A stretch of DNA of 64,000 nt, taken from contig JBDKTJ010000003.1 of assembly GCA_039698075.1 (NCBI GenBank), forward strand, positions 3,101 to 67,100, read 5' to 3'. Below are positions 30,202 to 38,607 of the stretch, one piece after another; within the stretch, counting starts at the first letter, position 1; each line of letters begins with the position of its first letter. The position numbers and the translations under genes were made by a program. Below the pieces are notes generated by a model. That model searched no databases. It saw only the letters and a program-made list of their open reading frames with translations, and was not told the DNA's origin. The stretch is from Thermoguttaceae bacterium. Lineage in GTDB: Bacteria > Planctomycetota > Planctomycetia > Pirellulales > Thermoguttaceae.

Positions 30202-32387
30202 CGACCGCCGGACGGGCCGACAACCTGCGTGCTGAACCGATTCGACAAGAACGTCTCGAACACCAGGCCAATCAGCACGACGGCCAAGAAGACGCCCCAT
30301 AGGCTCGTGCCCTCGCGCAGCTCCGAAAACGTCCGGGCCAACTCGTCGGCGTTGTCGACCCAAAACAGCGGCTCGCCGGCAAACCGTTCCTCCAGTTCGC
30401 GGCGATCGATCTTGCCGGGATCGGCCTCGGCCGGGTCGAAATTGACGCAATAGGCCGTCGGCGGCGAGGTTTGCTGCGACTCCAGCGACCGAAGCCGATA
30501 CACGCCGACGCGATACGTGTCGTCATATTCAAACATCTGACCGGGCCCGACCGCCGACTTCTTGGTCTTCAGCCGCAAGGGTTCGCCGCCGGGCGGGACC
30601 AATTCGACGCCGGTCAGAGCGGTTCGATCGGGCAAGTCGAGCCGAATCGGCTGACCGGCCAGCAATTCGTGCCGCGATGGGTCGGCGTCGGACAGTTCGA
30701 GCGTCAGACGGGCCAAAAGCGGCAAGAAGATCGGACGCAGCGGCAGATTCGTCCAAGCGGTTTGCACGGCGACGCCCAAGAAAAGCGTCCGGCCGCCGCC
30801 CACCTTGCGCAACGTCAACAACGGTTCGCCGTCGTCGAGCCGCGCCAGCACTCGGGCCTTCGAGTCGGACGCCATTCGCACATACCGGTACACCAGCACC
30901 GACTCGTACAGCGAAGGCGGATCGACCAGCCGGGCCAAGGGCGGATAGCTCGCGTCGAGATAGCCGATGCGCCAACTGTCGCGCGCGTCGCTGGGCTTGA
31001 TCTCGCGGCGGTCGACCAGCGCACCGGGCAGCAGTTGGCCGCCGGCCCGACGGTTCATCCGATTGTACGCCTCCGGATCGACCCGATCGCCGGCGATCCA
31101 CACCAGATTGCCGCCGTGGGCCAAATAGGCTTGCAGCCGTCGGGCGACGTCCTCGTCGAGGGCCGGCAAGTTGACGCAGAAAATCACCTTGTACCGGTCC
31201 AGCGGTTCGCCGAGCAGGTCGCCGGTCACCAGGCTGGCGGTCTCGATGGCTCGGCCGCTGTCGCTGTTGGGCGCCAACGCCTGCTCCAAATAGTACGTGT
31301 CGTCCAGATGCGGGATTTCGTGACGCGAAGGCCGAACCAACGCCACGGCGACGCCTTGGTCCACTTGCATGGCGAAGCATCGGCGGTCGTCCAGCTTTGA
31401 GCCGTCTTGGCCCGCCAATCGCACCTCGCCCTCGTGCAGTCCGCCGCCGGAAAACACGAACGAAAAATCGTAGGCCGCGCGGCCTTCCGGCGACACGATC
31501 AACTCGGGACTCGACGCCTGCCGCCGACCGTCGACCCAAAGTTCCACGCAAGGCATTCGCACGGCCGACGACATATTGCGCAACGTGACCGCGGCCTTGA
31601 CCGGCAGTCCGGTGACCGGAGCGGCGGCGTCGACGTCCAGCCGTTCCACCGCCACATTCGGCGCAGGCGTATGGTTGAAGTTGACGACGATCAGAGGAAT
31701 CTTGGCCGAACGGTCCCTCCCGCCGGCATCTTTCCGTTTGGGCGAGGTCCGTTTCGCGGCATCCCCCGTCCCTCGTCCCCAGTCCCCGCGCTGCATGTCG
31801 GTCAATACGAAAATCTGTTGGTTTGGGGCGTCGGATCGGGCCAGCAATTGCCGGGCCTGCTGCAACTTCGCGTCCAACTCGGCCCGCTGAGAACTGACTC
31901 GGCACAGCGAAAGATTGCGGCGGACCGTGTCTTGCGTGCGATCGAGTCGATCGCCGTCGGGCAGGGCAGGGCCGCAGGTCGGCAGCAACGCCACCTGGTC
32001 CCCCTCGGCAAATTGATCGAGAATCTGCGAGGCCATCGCGACGGCCGCGTCGAACCGCGTCCGCTCTCCGTCGAGCAGCCCCATGCTGGCCGAATTGTCC
32101 AAAATCAACACGGCGGCCGAGTGGCGTCCGCCTCGCAGCGAGCCCAATCCGACCAGCGCAGGCCGCGCCAGTCCGATGGCGATCAACGCCAACACGGCCA
32201 CCCGCAACGCCATCAGCAACAGATCGTGGATCCGCTTGCGACGCCGAGTTTTCTCGACGCAAATCTTCAAAAACCGCACGGTGGCGAACGGCAACTCCTT
32301 CGCCCGACGGCGATGGATCAGGTGCATCAGCACCGGAATCGCGGCGGCCAACGCGGCCAACAAAAACAGCGGCGCGGCGAACGTCAT
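30192..32387 (-). CDS. BatA-N (aerotolerance-type double-TM N-terminus) plus vWA domain protein
   Basis: MTFAAPLFLLAALAAAIPVLMHLIHRRRAKELPFATVRFL is the BatA_N pattern, and ILDNSASM is a MIDAS-like motif. 731 aa. The 3' end overlaps the macB 3' end by 10 nt. Confidence 0.8.
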   Translation of the reverse strand: MTFAAPLFLLAALAAAIPVLMHLIHRRRAKELPFATVRFLKICVEKTRRRKRIHDLLLMALRVAVLALIAIGLARPALVGLGSLRGGRHSAAVLILDNSASMGLLDGERTRFDAAVAMASQILDQFAEGDQVALLPTCGPALPDGDRLDRTQDTVRRNLSLCRVSSQRAELDAKLQQARQLLARSDAPNQQIFVLTDMQRGDWGRGTGDAAKRTSPKRKDAGGRDRSAKIPLIVVNFNHTPAPNVAVERLDVDAAAPVTGLPVKAAVTLRNMSSAVRMPCVELWVDGRRQASSPELIVSPEGRAAYDFSFVFSGGGLHEGEVRLAGQDGSKLDDRRCFAMQVDQGVAVALVRPSRHEIPHLDDTYYLEQALAPNSDSGRAIETASLVTGDLLGEPLDRYKVIFCVNLPALDEDVARRLQAYLAHGGNLVWIAGDRVDPEAYNRMNRRAGGQLLPGALVDRREIKPSDARDSWRIGYLDASYPPLARLVDPPSLYESVLVYRYVRMASDSKARVLARLDDGEPLLTLRKVGGGRTLFLGVAVQTAWTNLPLRPIFLPLLARLTLELSDADPSRHELLAGQPIRLDLPDRTALTGVELVPPGGEPLRLKTKKSAVGPGQMFEYDDTYRVGVYRLRSLESQQTSPPTAYCVNFDPAEADPGKIDRRELEERFAGEPLFWVDNADELARTFSELREGTSLWGVFLAVVLIGLVFETFLSNRFSTQVVGPSGGRHS

Positions 32388-33277
32388 GGGCGGTTCCTGG
32401 CGGCGAGATATCGGGTGAGCATGAGGTCGTAGGGCGTCGAGGTGTCGGTCCGGACGTAGTCAATTTGCGCCTCGGCGCACGCTCGACGGTAATGGTCGAT
32501 GAACTCGGTCATTTGGGCCGCGTAGGAATCGCGCACGTAAGCCGGGTCGATCTCGACGCGCTCGCCGGTCTCCATGTCGCGCAGCGCGACCAGGTCGCGG
32601 AACGGCAACTCCAATTCCGCCCGATCGAACACGTGAAACACGATCACCTCGTGCCGGCGATGGCGAAAATGATGCAGCGCCCGAATCACCTCGTCCGGAT
32701 GATCGTAGAGGTCGCTGATCAACACGATCAGGCAACGCCGCTTGAACCGATCGGCCAGCTTGTGCAGCGTTTCCGAGACGTCGGTCTCTTGGCCGGGCTC
32801 GAGCGATTCGAGCTGCCCCATCATTTCGCGGAAATGCCGCGGCGAGCCGTGCGCCGGCATGTCCAACCGGACGGCGCAGTCGAACGTGCACAAGCCCACC
32901 GAATCTTGCTGGCGAATCATCAAATAGGCCAGCACCGCCGTCAAATACGAACCGTATTCCAACTTGGTCAGCCGGCTGTCGAACCGATAGCCCATCGAAC
33001 CGCTCGTGTCCAGCAAGATCTGGACGCGCATATTCGTCTCTTCCTCGTACTGCTTGACGTACAAGCGGTCGGTCCGGCCCAACATCCGATAGTCGAGCCG
33101 CCGCGGATCGTCGCCGGGCACGTACTCGCGGTGCTCGGCGAACTCGACGCTGAAACCCTTGTAGGGGCTGGCGTGCAGCCCGCTGATAAAACCTTCGACC
33201 ACCCCGCGGGCAACCACCGAAAGGTTTTTGACGCGAGCCAACGCCTGCGGTTCGAGAAATCGGTATCCGGTCTGCAT
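32384..33277 (-). CDS. DUF58 domain protein (MoxR-associated vWA-like)
   Basis: GLHASPYKGFSVEFAEHREYVPGDDPRRLDYR is the DUF58 signature. Start chosen at MQTGYRF (ATG 33277). Upstream track codons translate the pyrimidine repeat. A 4-nt overlap joins it to the downstream BatA-like gene. Confidence 0.85.
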   Translation of the reverse strand: MQTGYRFLEPQALARVKNLSVVARGVVEGFISGLHASPYKGFSVEFAEHREYVPGDDPRRLDYRMLGRTDRLYVKQYEEETNMRVQILLDTSGSMGYRFDSRLTKLEYGSYLTAVLAYLMIRQQDSVGLCTFDCAVRLDMPAHGSPRHFREMMGQLESLEPGQETDVSETLHKLADRFKRRCLIVLISDLYDHPDEVIRALHHFRHRRHEVIVFHVFDRAELELPFRDLVALRDMETGERVEIDPAYVRDSYAAQMTEFIDHYRRACAEAQIDYVRTDTSTPYDLMLTRYLAARNRP

Positions 33278-33320
33278 GGAAAAAGGAATAACTGGAAGTT
33301 GGGGTTTTTGGGTTATTTTG

Positions 33321-33811
33321 CGGTCGGTGTGAGGCGGAAAAAATGGGAAAGGGGAAAAAGGGGAAGACAAAATTTTTACGGGGCGGCCAGCTCTACTCTT
33401 CTCGCGTTCAGTTGAAACTCGGCGAAATTGACCAGCAAACCGACCGGTTGATGCAGGGCCTTCAGGTAGGAACGCACCTGGGCGTAGTGTTTCTTGTGAA
33501 GCTCCTCCACGGTTTTCAACTCGACCACAAGTTGGCTGTCGATCAACAAGTCCAACCGATGCGTGCCGATGCGATCGCCTTTGTAGGACAATTCAATTTC
33601 CTTTTCCACTTCGTAAGGAATCTTCTGTCGCTCAAGCTCCAACGCGATGGCTCGTCGATAAACCTTCTCCAAAAACCCCGGTCCCAAATGTCGATGCACC
33701 TCAATCATACATCCAATCGTCCGATAAATCAGATCCTCGCTCTCCTCCCTCATTTCATCTCCCCCGTTTCCCTTTTTTCCCCTTTCCCCTTTCCCCTTCT
33801 CACACCGACCG
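33321..33811. mobile_element. Candidate inverted-repeat cassette carrying a GxxExxY gene
   Basis: Left arm 33321-33367 is CGGTCGGTGTGAG plus a G/A-rich tract. Right arm 33761-33811 is its reverse complement (C/T-rich tract plus CTCACACCGACCG). The enclosed 378-nt ORF has visibly lower GC than its flanks. Confidence 0.4.
33376..33753 (-). CDS. GxxExxY family protein (PD-(D/E)XK nuclease-like fold)
   Basis: 125 aa: ...GPGFLEKVYRRAIALELERQKIPYEVEKEIELSYKGDRIGTHRLDLLIDSQLVVELK... shows the GxxExxY motif and a D...ELK nuclease-like motif. Confidence 0.85.
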   Translation of the reverse strand: MREESEDLIYRTIGCMIEVHRHLGPGFLEKVYRRAIALELERQKIPYEVEKEIELSYKGDRIGTHRLDLLIDSQLVVELKTVEELHKKHYAQVRSYLKALHQPVGLLVNFAEFQLNARRVELAAP

Positions 33812-33858
33812 TGAAACCGACGAGAGATTTTGTCTTCTCATTCGCTCTTTTTCAATTT

Positions 33859-36102
33859 CTATCGCAACTGATATTTTCTGCGCAACACCCATTCGACGGT
33901 CAACACGCCGACGAACGCGACCCAAAAGCCCGGCGGCCAGTACAATCGGCGTTCGACGCGCACGATTCTCTTTTCCTGCCGACGATCGAGCTGGTCGATC
34001 AGGTGATCGGCGGTGGCCAGCGAGACATAGCGGCCTCCGGTCGCTTCGGCGATGCGTTCGAGCGTTTTTTCGTCCAAGTCGAGCCGCTCAAATTCGAGGT
34101 TCGTTCGCCCCACTTCGACCGACACGGCGTCGGAGGCCAACAGCGATTCCTGCTGTCGGGCCTCGATCGTGATCGCGTGCGTGCCGGACGTTTTCGGCTC
34201 GAACACGCCGGAATAATGTCCGCCCGGCCCAGCCACCGGCGAGAGCGTCGTCTGCCGAGTTTTGCCGTCGGGCCCGCGAACCGTCGCCACAACCGCGGCA
34301 TCGGCGGCCCCTCGACCTTGCCGATCGCGCACGACGGCCGACACGTGGATCGACTCGCCCGGCTCATAATACGCCTTGTCGGTCGAGACGGTCGCGCCGG
34401 CGGTCGCCTCGACGCTTTCTTCGCGACCGGCCAGCCAGCGGACGGTTTGCCCCCAAAATCGCATGAACGGCGACTCTCGGTCGCGGGCCTGAGGGCCTTG
34501 TTGCCAACGGCGCGTCGTGTCGCCGGCGAACACCGCCGTCCGACCTCGTTCGAGCGGCTGCACGGCCAGCATCGGCATCGCACCCAACGACGCGGGACAC
34601 CCGGCCAACACGGTCGCACTGGGCTTGGCCCCTTGCACTCGCGTGCAACCGTCCAACGTCGGCAAGCCCGGGGTCGTCGGCGGCCCCTGCCGCGTTGGAA
34701 AGAATCCGGCGATGTTCGCAAAGATCGGGTGTCGCACTCCCTCGGGCGTGAGCACCGGCAAAAACGGCTCGGTCACTTGTCCGATCCGTCGGTTGCCCAA
34801 CGCAAGCGGCAGCGCGTCGCCAAGCGGCGTGCCGTCGTATCCGCCCGGCCCGAGACTGTGATAGCCGCCCAACATCAACAGGCCTGCCCCTTGACGAACC
34901 CGACGAACGATCATCTCTTGTTGCCTCGGACGAAAATACGAACTGTCGAGGTCACCGATCAAAAAAACATCGAACCGGTCGATCGTCTCCTGATCGGTCG
35001 GAATCGCGCGGAGTTGCAGCCCGGTCATATTGGTTCGCCGCAAAAACACGTCGGGCTTCGTTTGCACCAGCGAGCAAAACTCGACGTCGGGATCCTTGGC
35101 CAGAAACCGATCGACCAGCGCGCCGTATTCCGTGCGCAGCGTGCCCTCGAGGTACAACACGCGGATGCCTTTTTCGACGACCATCGCGACGGCCGAGCGG
35201 CGATTGTTTTCGACGATTTTTTCTTCGGCCGCCGGCTCGACGCGGACGGTGATCGTGTGGCGGCCTTTTTGCATGGGCCGAAACTCCAACGCCGCCGTCT
35301 GCGACCCCTCGGCGTCGTCCAGCGTCAGTTCCGCCTGCGCCACACGGCGGCCGTCTTCCTCGAGCACGACCGTCGCCGTCCGTCCGCCCAACCCCACCGC
35401 GTCGATCGAGGCCGTGACGCGGGCCATGTTGCCCAGCATCATGCGGTCGGGACAGTCGAGCCCGACGACCCGAATGTCGCGATACGTCAGATTGTTGCGC
35501 AGACTGGCGCCGACGCCGATGCCGTGGACCACGACGCCCAACTGACTCGCCACTTGCGACGGATTGCCCGCCGCGTTGTGAATCCCGTCGGACATCAACA
35601 GCACGGCGGCCACCTCCGCGGGCGGCAACTGTCGAGCGGCGAACGACAACGCCTTGACCAGCGACGTGGCCTTGCCTGTCGGCGTTAGCTCTCGCAACGA
35701 CTCCGGCCCGTCCAATAATCGCGGCTGTTCGGCAAACGCGATCGGCAGCAACCGAAAATCGCCTCGCAGCTTTTCCTGCCATTTTTCCAGCTTGTCCCGA
35801 GCCCGATCGAAACGCGACCGGCCCGAGGCGTCGTCGGCCAGGCTCATCGACGCGGAGGCGTCCAGCAAGAAAACCACCGCGGGCTTCTGGCCTGTCTCTT
35901 TCGGATAGCTCAACACCGGCTGAAACAACAGCCCGACGACCAGCAGAATCGCCGCGACGCGCAACGCCAGCAACAGGCCCCAACGCCGCACGCCCAAGGA
36001 GCCAAACGTCCGGCGATAAAACAACGCCGTCAGCACGACCGCCGCCAATGCGACCGCCAGCATGGTTCCGACGCCGTAATTTTGGGCAAGGCTAAGGTGC
36101 AT
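33859..36102 (-). CDS. Membrane-anchored vWA domain protein with a GATase1-like/ThuA-like C-terminal region (BatB-like)
   Basis: 747 aa with N-terminal TM helices, the MIDAS-like VVFLLDASASMSL, later VFLIGDLDSSYF...GLLMLGGYHSLG, and a C-terminal TM. Confidence 0.75.
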   Translation of the reverse strand: MHLSLAQNYGVGTMLAVALAAVVLTALFYRRTFGSLGVRRWGLLLALRVAAILLVVGLLFQPVLSYPKETGQKPAVVFLLDASASMSLADDASGRSRFDRARDKLEKWQEKLRGDFRLLPIAFAEQPRLLDGPESLRELTPTGKATSLVKALSFAARQLPPAEVAAVLLMSDGIHNAAGNPSQVASQLGVVVHGIGVGASLRNNLTYRDIRVVGLDCPDRMMLGNMARVTASIDAVGLGGRTATVVLEEDGRRVAQAELTLDDAEGSQTAALEFRPMQKGRHTITVRVEPAAEEKIVENNRRSAVAMVVEKGIRVLYLEGTLRTEYGALVDRFLAKDPDVEFCSLVQTKPDVFLRRTNMTGLQLRAIPTDQETIDRFDVFLIGDLDSSYFRPRQQEMIVRRVRQGAGLLMLGGYHSLGPGGYDGTPLGDALPLALGNRRIGQVTEPFLPVLTPEGVRHPIFANIAGFFPTRQGPPTTPGLPTLDGCTRVQGAKPSATVLAGCPASLGAMPMLAVQPLERGRTAVFAGDTTRRWQQGPQARDRESPFMRFWGQTVRWLAGREESVEATAGATVSTDKAYYEPGESIHVSAVVRDRQGRGAADAAVVATVRGPDGKTRQTTLSPVAGPGGHYSGVFEPKTSGTHAITIEARQQESLLASDAVSVEVGRTNLEFERLDLDEKTLERIAEATGGRYVSLATADHLIDQLDRRQEKRIVRVERRLYWPPGFWVAFVGVLTVEWVLRRKYQLR

Positions 36103-36136
36103 GAGAAGGGATTAGGGATTAGGGGCTAGGGGCTAG
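36103..36136 (-). repeat. Heptad repeat on the coding strand, CTAGCCCCTAGCCCCTAATCCCTAATCCCTTCTC, ending at the ATG of the vWA gene
   Basis: The plus strand reads GAGAAGGGATTAGGGATTAGGGGCTAGGGGCTAG. It combines both heptad variants and overlaps the stop codon of the upstream gene. Confidence 0.85.
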
Positions 36137-36665
36137 AGTTTTCTATTTTGATTTGTTTCACATAGACCAAGGACTTGAGGTTCTTTCCTATCGCTCCTTT
36201 GTCTCGTTTGTGGAGCAGGAAGGTTTTTGTTTCTTTTGGATCGGTGTTCGTGTCCAGGTACACGATGGCCGACATGGGACCGGTGATGGTTTGACCGTCG
36301 GCGAGCGTGATCGTATGGACGTACTCGCGCTGCGGATAGCGTCGGCCGGTGTAGAGTTTTTCGTCGCTGGTGGTTTCCTTGAACCGCCACTCCTTTTTCA
36401 TTTCCTCGTTCTTCACGAGGCAATCGATTTGCCGCACGGCCTGGAGCGGCACTTCACGCTGTCGTTGGGTTTGCTCGTCGTAGATTTTCAACCGATGATC
36501 GCGCGTCAAGTAAATCCGCCCACGATGCGTCGTTCCGTCGGAAAGCTCAATCCGCCCGGGCACGGCGTCGCCGCGCGTCGCGGCCGGTTCGCCAAAAGGG
36601 CTGATCGGCGGCGGATCGCCCGCCAACAACGCCACGGCCAGCGCGACCGGCCAAAATAACGGCAT
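36126..36665 (-). CDS. Hypothetical exported protein
   Basis: Start chosen at MPLFWPVALAVALLAGD (signal-like), 179 aa, same strand as and upstream of the vWA gene. The track ORF extends to 36890. Confidence 0.55.
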   Translation of the reverse strand: MPLFWPVALAVALLAGDPPPISPFGEPAATRGDAVPGRIELSDGTTHRGRIYLTRDHRLKIYDEQTQRQREVPLQAVRQIDCLVKNEEMKKEWRFKETTSDEKLYTGRRYPQREYVHTITLADGQTITGPMSAIVYLDTNTDPKETKTFLLHKRDKGAIGKNLKSLVYVKQIKIENSSP

Positions 36666-36864
36666 GAGTGGTTTCCTACGTGGAGCCGCTGGATTTCGCC
36701 GCCGAGACGCATTTTCCCGTCGCACGATCAGGGCGGCGTTCTTGACCTTCCCAATCCCTATTGTATTTAGCCGCGAACTCGCCGCGAAAGGGGACGCCGG
36801 ACAATTCGTGCCGAAACACCCGTCCATAGGATGGTGCGGCAATTCGCTCAATGAAGGGTTTTGC

Positions 36865-36893
36865 TTGACTCTCGGGTCGGTCCCCGACACAAT
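36865..36893 (+). promoter_or_regulatory. Candidate sigma70-type promoter for the DUF4159/DUF4175 genes
   Basis: TTGACT (36865-36870), 17 nt, CACAAT (36888-36893). Confidence 0.4.
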
Positions 36894-37033
36894 GAACCTA
36901 AGGGCGGCAGGGCCGTCGACCAGTGCAAGCGGCCGCTCGATTGGCTCCCATTCGCTCCCGTTGGTCGCTGATCTTTGTGAAAAAATTCACGATCTTTCGG
37001 ATGAGTCATCCAGTGAGAAAAGGCGAACCGACC

Positions 37034-38596
37034 ATGAAACCAAGCGGCATGTTGCGGGCGGTCGGTTTTTCGCGACGCGATTTTTTGGACCGGCTGGGTC
37101 TGCTGGCCGCCGCGGCCGGTGGTTTGGGAGGGGTCTCGCCGGCCATTGCCGAGGACCGTGAGGGTCCGGTCGATTGCGGACCGCCGCCTGCCGCCAAGCA
37201 GCAGCATCAGACGGGCGGCGAATCCGGTCCGCCGCTTCCGCTTCCGGTCACTCCGTTGCGTCGCAGCGAAAAAAAGCGTCCGCCCAGGCCGCCGGCCCTG
37301 GTTGGCAAAGTCGCCTTGGGCGCGACGCGCTGGACCACCAAGAACGACAAGCGGGTTGCCTACCGCGACTGGATGACCGACCCGGCCGACGTCATCACGC
37401 TGTTGAGTTGGCTGAACCAAACGCTGCGGATCAACTATCGCGCCGTCGATGTGGATTTCTCGCATTTCTCGTTCGATCCCCGCGAGTTGCCGGCGCTGCT
37501 GTTGGCCGGTCACAACCATTTTGAATTGAACGACGAGATTCGCGGACGGCTTGCCCGTTATGTGATGGACGGCGGGACGATTTTGGCCGACGCCTGTTGC
37601 GGTTGGAACGATTTCTCGGAGTCGTTCCGCCGCGAGATCGAACGGATCTTCCCGAATCGGCCGCTCCAGAAAATGCTGCCCGAGGAGCCGGTCTATTCGT
37701 CCTACTACAAGCTCGGCGACTTGACCTACAAACGCGGCGACGGCTCGACGTTCACCGAGCCGCCGTGCCTGGAGGGGATCGACTTCGGCTGTCGGACGGG
37801 CGTTCTGTTTTCGTCGCGCGACATGACTTGCGGCTGGGATGGGCACGAGCATCCGCGCGGCACGCGCGTCGTGATCGACCAGGCCCGGCAGCTTGGCGCC
37901 AATCTGATCACGTATCTGTTGGGCAGCTTCCAGTTGGGCCGTTTTTTGAGCACCGCAAAGGTGTATTACGACGCCGCCGCCCCGACGCGTGACGATTTCG
38001 TGTTTGCGCAATTGGTGCACGACGGCGATTGGGACCCCGATCCGTCGGCCGTCCACAATCTGTTGAAATTCGTCCGCGACAACTCGACGATGGAGGTGAA
38101 GTTCAAGCGGGAAAACGTCCGGCCGACCGATCCGAAGGCGGCGGAATATCCGTTGTGGTACATCACCGGCCATCGCGATTTCGCCTGGACCGCCGAGGAA
38201 TCGGCCGCGTTGGGACGCTATCTGAAAGCGGGCGGGCTGTTGCTGGCCGACGCCTGCTGCGGACGGCTGGCCTTCGACGCCGCGCTGCGCCGCGAACTCT
38301 CGAAGGCGCTGCCCGAAAGCCGGCTCGAACGCCTGCCGCTCGATCATCCCGTTTATCATTGCCATTACGACATCAAGCAGGTGGAGTACACGCCGCGCGT
38401 GCGGGAAGATTTCGGAAACTTCAGCGAGCCGCAACTGGAAGGCGTCACGCTCGACGGCCGACTGGCGGTCGTCTATAGCCGGTTCGACCTGGGCAACGGT
38501 TGGGAACAGTTTCCACATGCCTACAGTTATGGGTTGCGTGAGCAATCGGCGTTGCAGATCGGCGCGAACGTGCTCGTGTCGGCCGTGACGCATTAA
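37034..38596 (+). CDS. Tat-signal protein with two DUF4159-like domains
   Basis: SRRDFLDRLGLLAAAAGG is a twin-arginine-like N-terminus. The pattern ...GH(N/R)..(F/E)...(E/D)...L..Y...GG.(I/L)LADACCG occurs twice, and FVFAQLVHDGDWDPDPSAVHNLLKF is DUF4159-like. Confidence 0.7.
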   Translation: MKPSGMLRAVGFSRRDFLDRLGLLAAAAGGLGGVSPAIAEDREGPVDCGPPPAAKQQHQTGGESGPPLPLPVTPLRRSEKKRPPRPPALVGKVALGATRWTTKNDKRVAYRDWMTDPADVITLLSWLNQTLRINYRAVDVDFSHFSFDPRELPALLLAGHNHFELNDEIRGRLARYVMDGGTILADACCGWNDFSESFRREIERIFPNRPLQKMLPEEPVYSSYYKLGDLTYKRGDGSTFTEPPCLEGIDFGCRTGVLFSSRDMTCGWDGHEHPRGTRVVIDQARQLGANLITYLLGSFQLGRFLSTAKVYYDAAAPTRDDFVFAQLVHDGDWDPDPSAVHNLLKFVRDNSTMEVKFKRENVRPTDPKAAEYPLWYITGHRDFAWTAEESAALGRYLKAGGLLLADACCGRLAFDAALRRELSKALPESRLERLPLDHPVYHCHYDIKQVEYTPRVREDFGNFSEPQLEGVTLDGRLAVVYSRFDLGNGWEQFPHAYSYGLREQSALQIGANVLVSAVTH

Positions 38597-38607
38597 GGAA
38601 TCGAACC

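Noticed and set aside
28317-30450. 661-aa plus-strand off-frame ORF and 554-aa minus-strand ORF over the MacB-like gene
   Set aside because: The MacB frame carries the ABC motifs and the FtsX permease. The alternative ORFs are Arg/Gly-rich artefacts.
30529-32463. 644-aa minus-strand ORF, off-frame to the BatA-like gene, and a 341-aa plus-strand ORF
   Set aside because: The same region is explained by the BatA_N/vWA frame. The alternative translations are poly-Arg/Gly/Ala.
33343-35688. 781-aa plus-strand ORF across the GxxExxY cassette and the vWA gene
   Set aside because: It runs antisense through two supported genes and through the repeat arms, and its translation lacks motifs.
36107-36122. 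AGGGATTAGGGATTAG and related repeats resemble telomeric TTAGGG arrays
   Set aside because: The unit is a heptad (GGGATTA) present in only two copies per site, internal to operons of what looks like an ordinary bacterial chromosome. This is not a telomere.
36848-38593. 581-aa minus-strand ORF opposite the DUF4159 gene
   Set aside because: It is antisense to a frame with a Tat signal and duplicated DUF4159 motifs, and it has artefactual composition.
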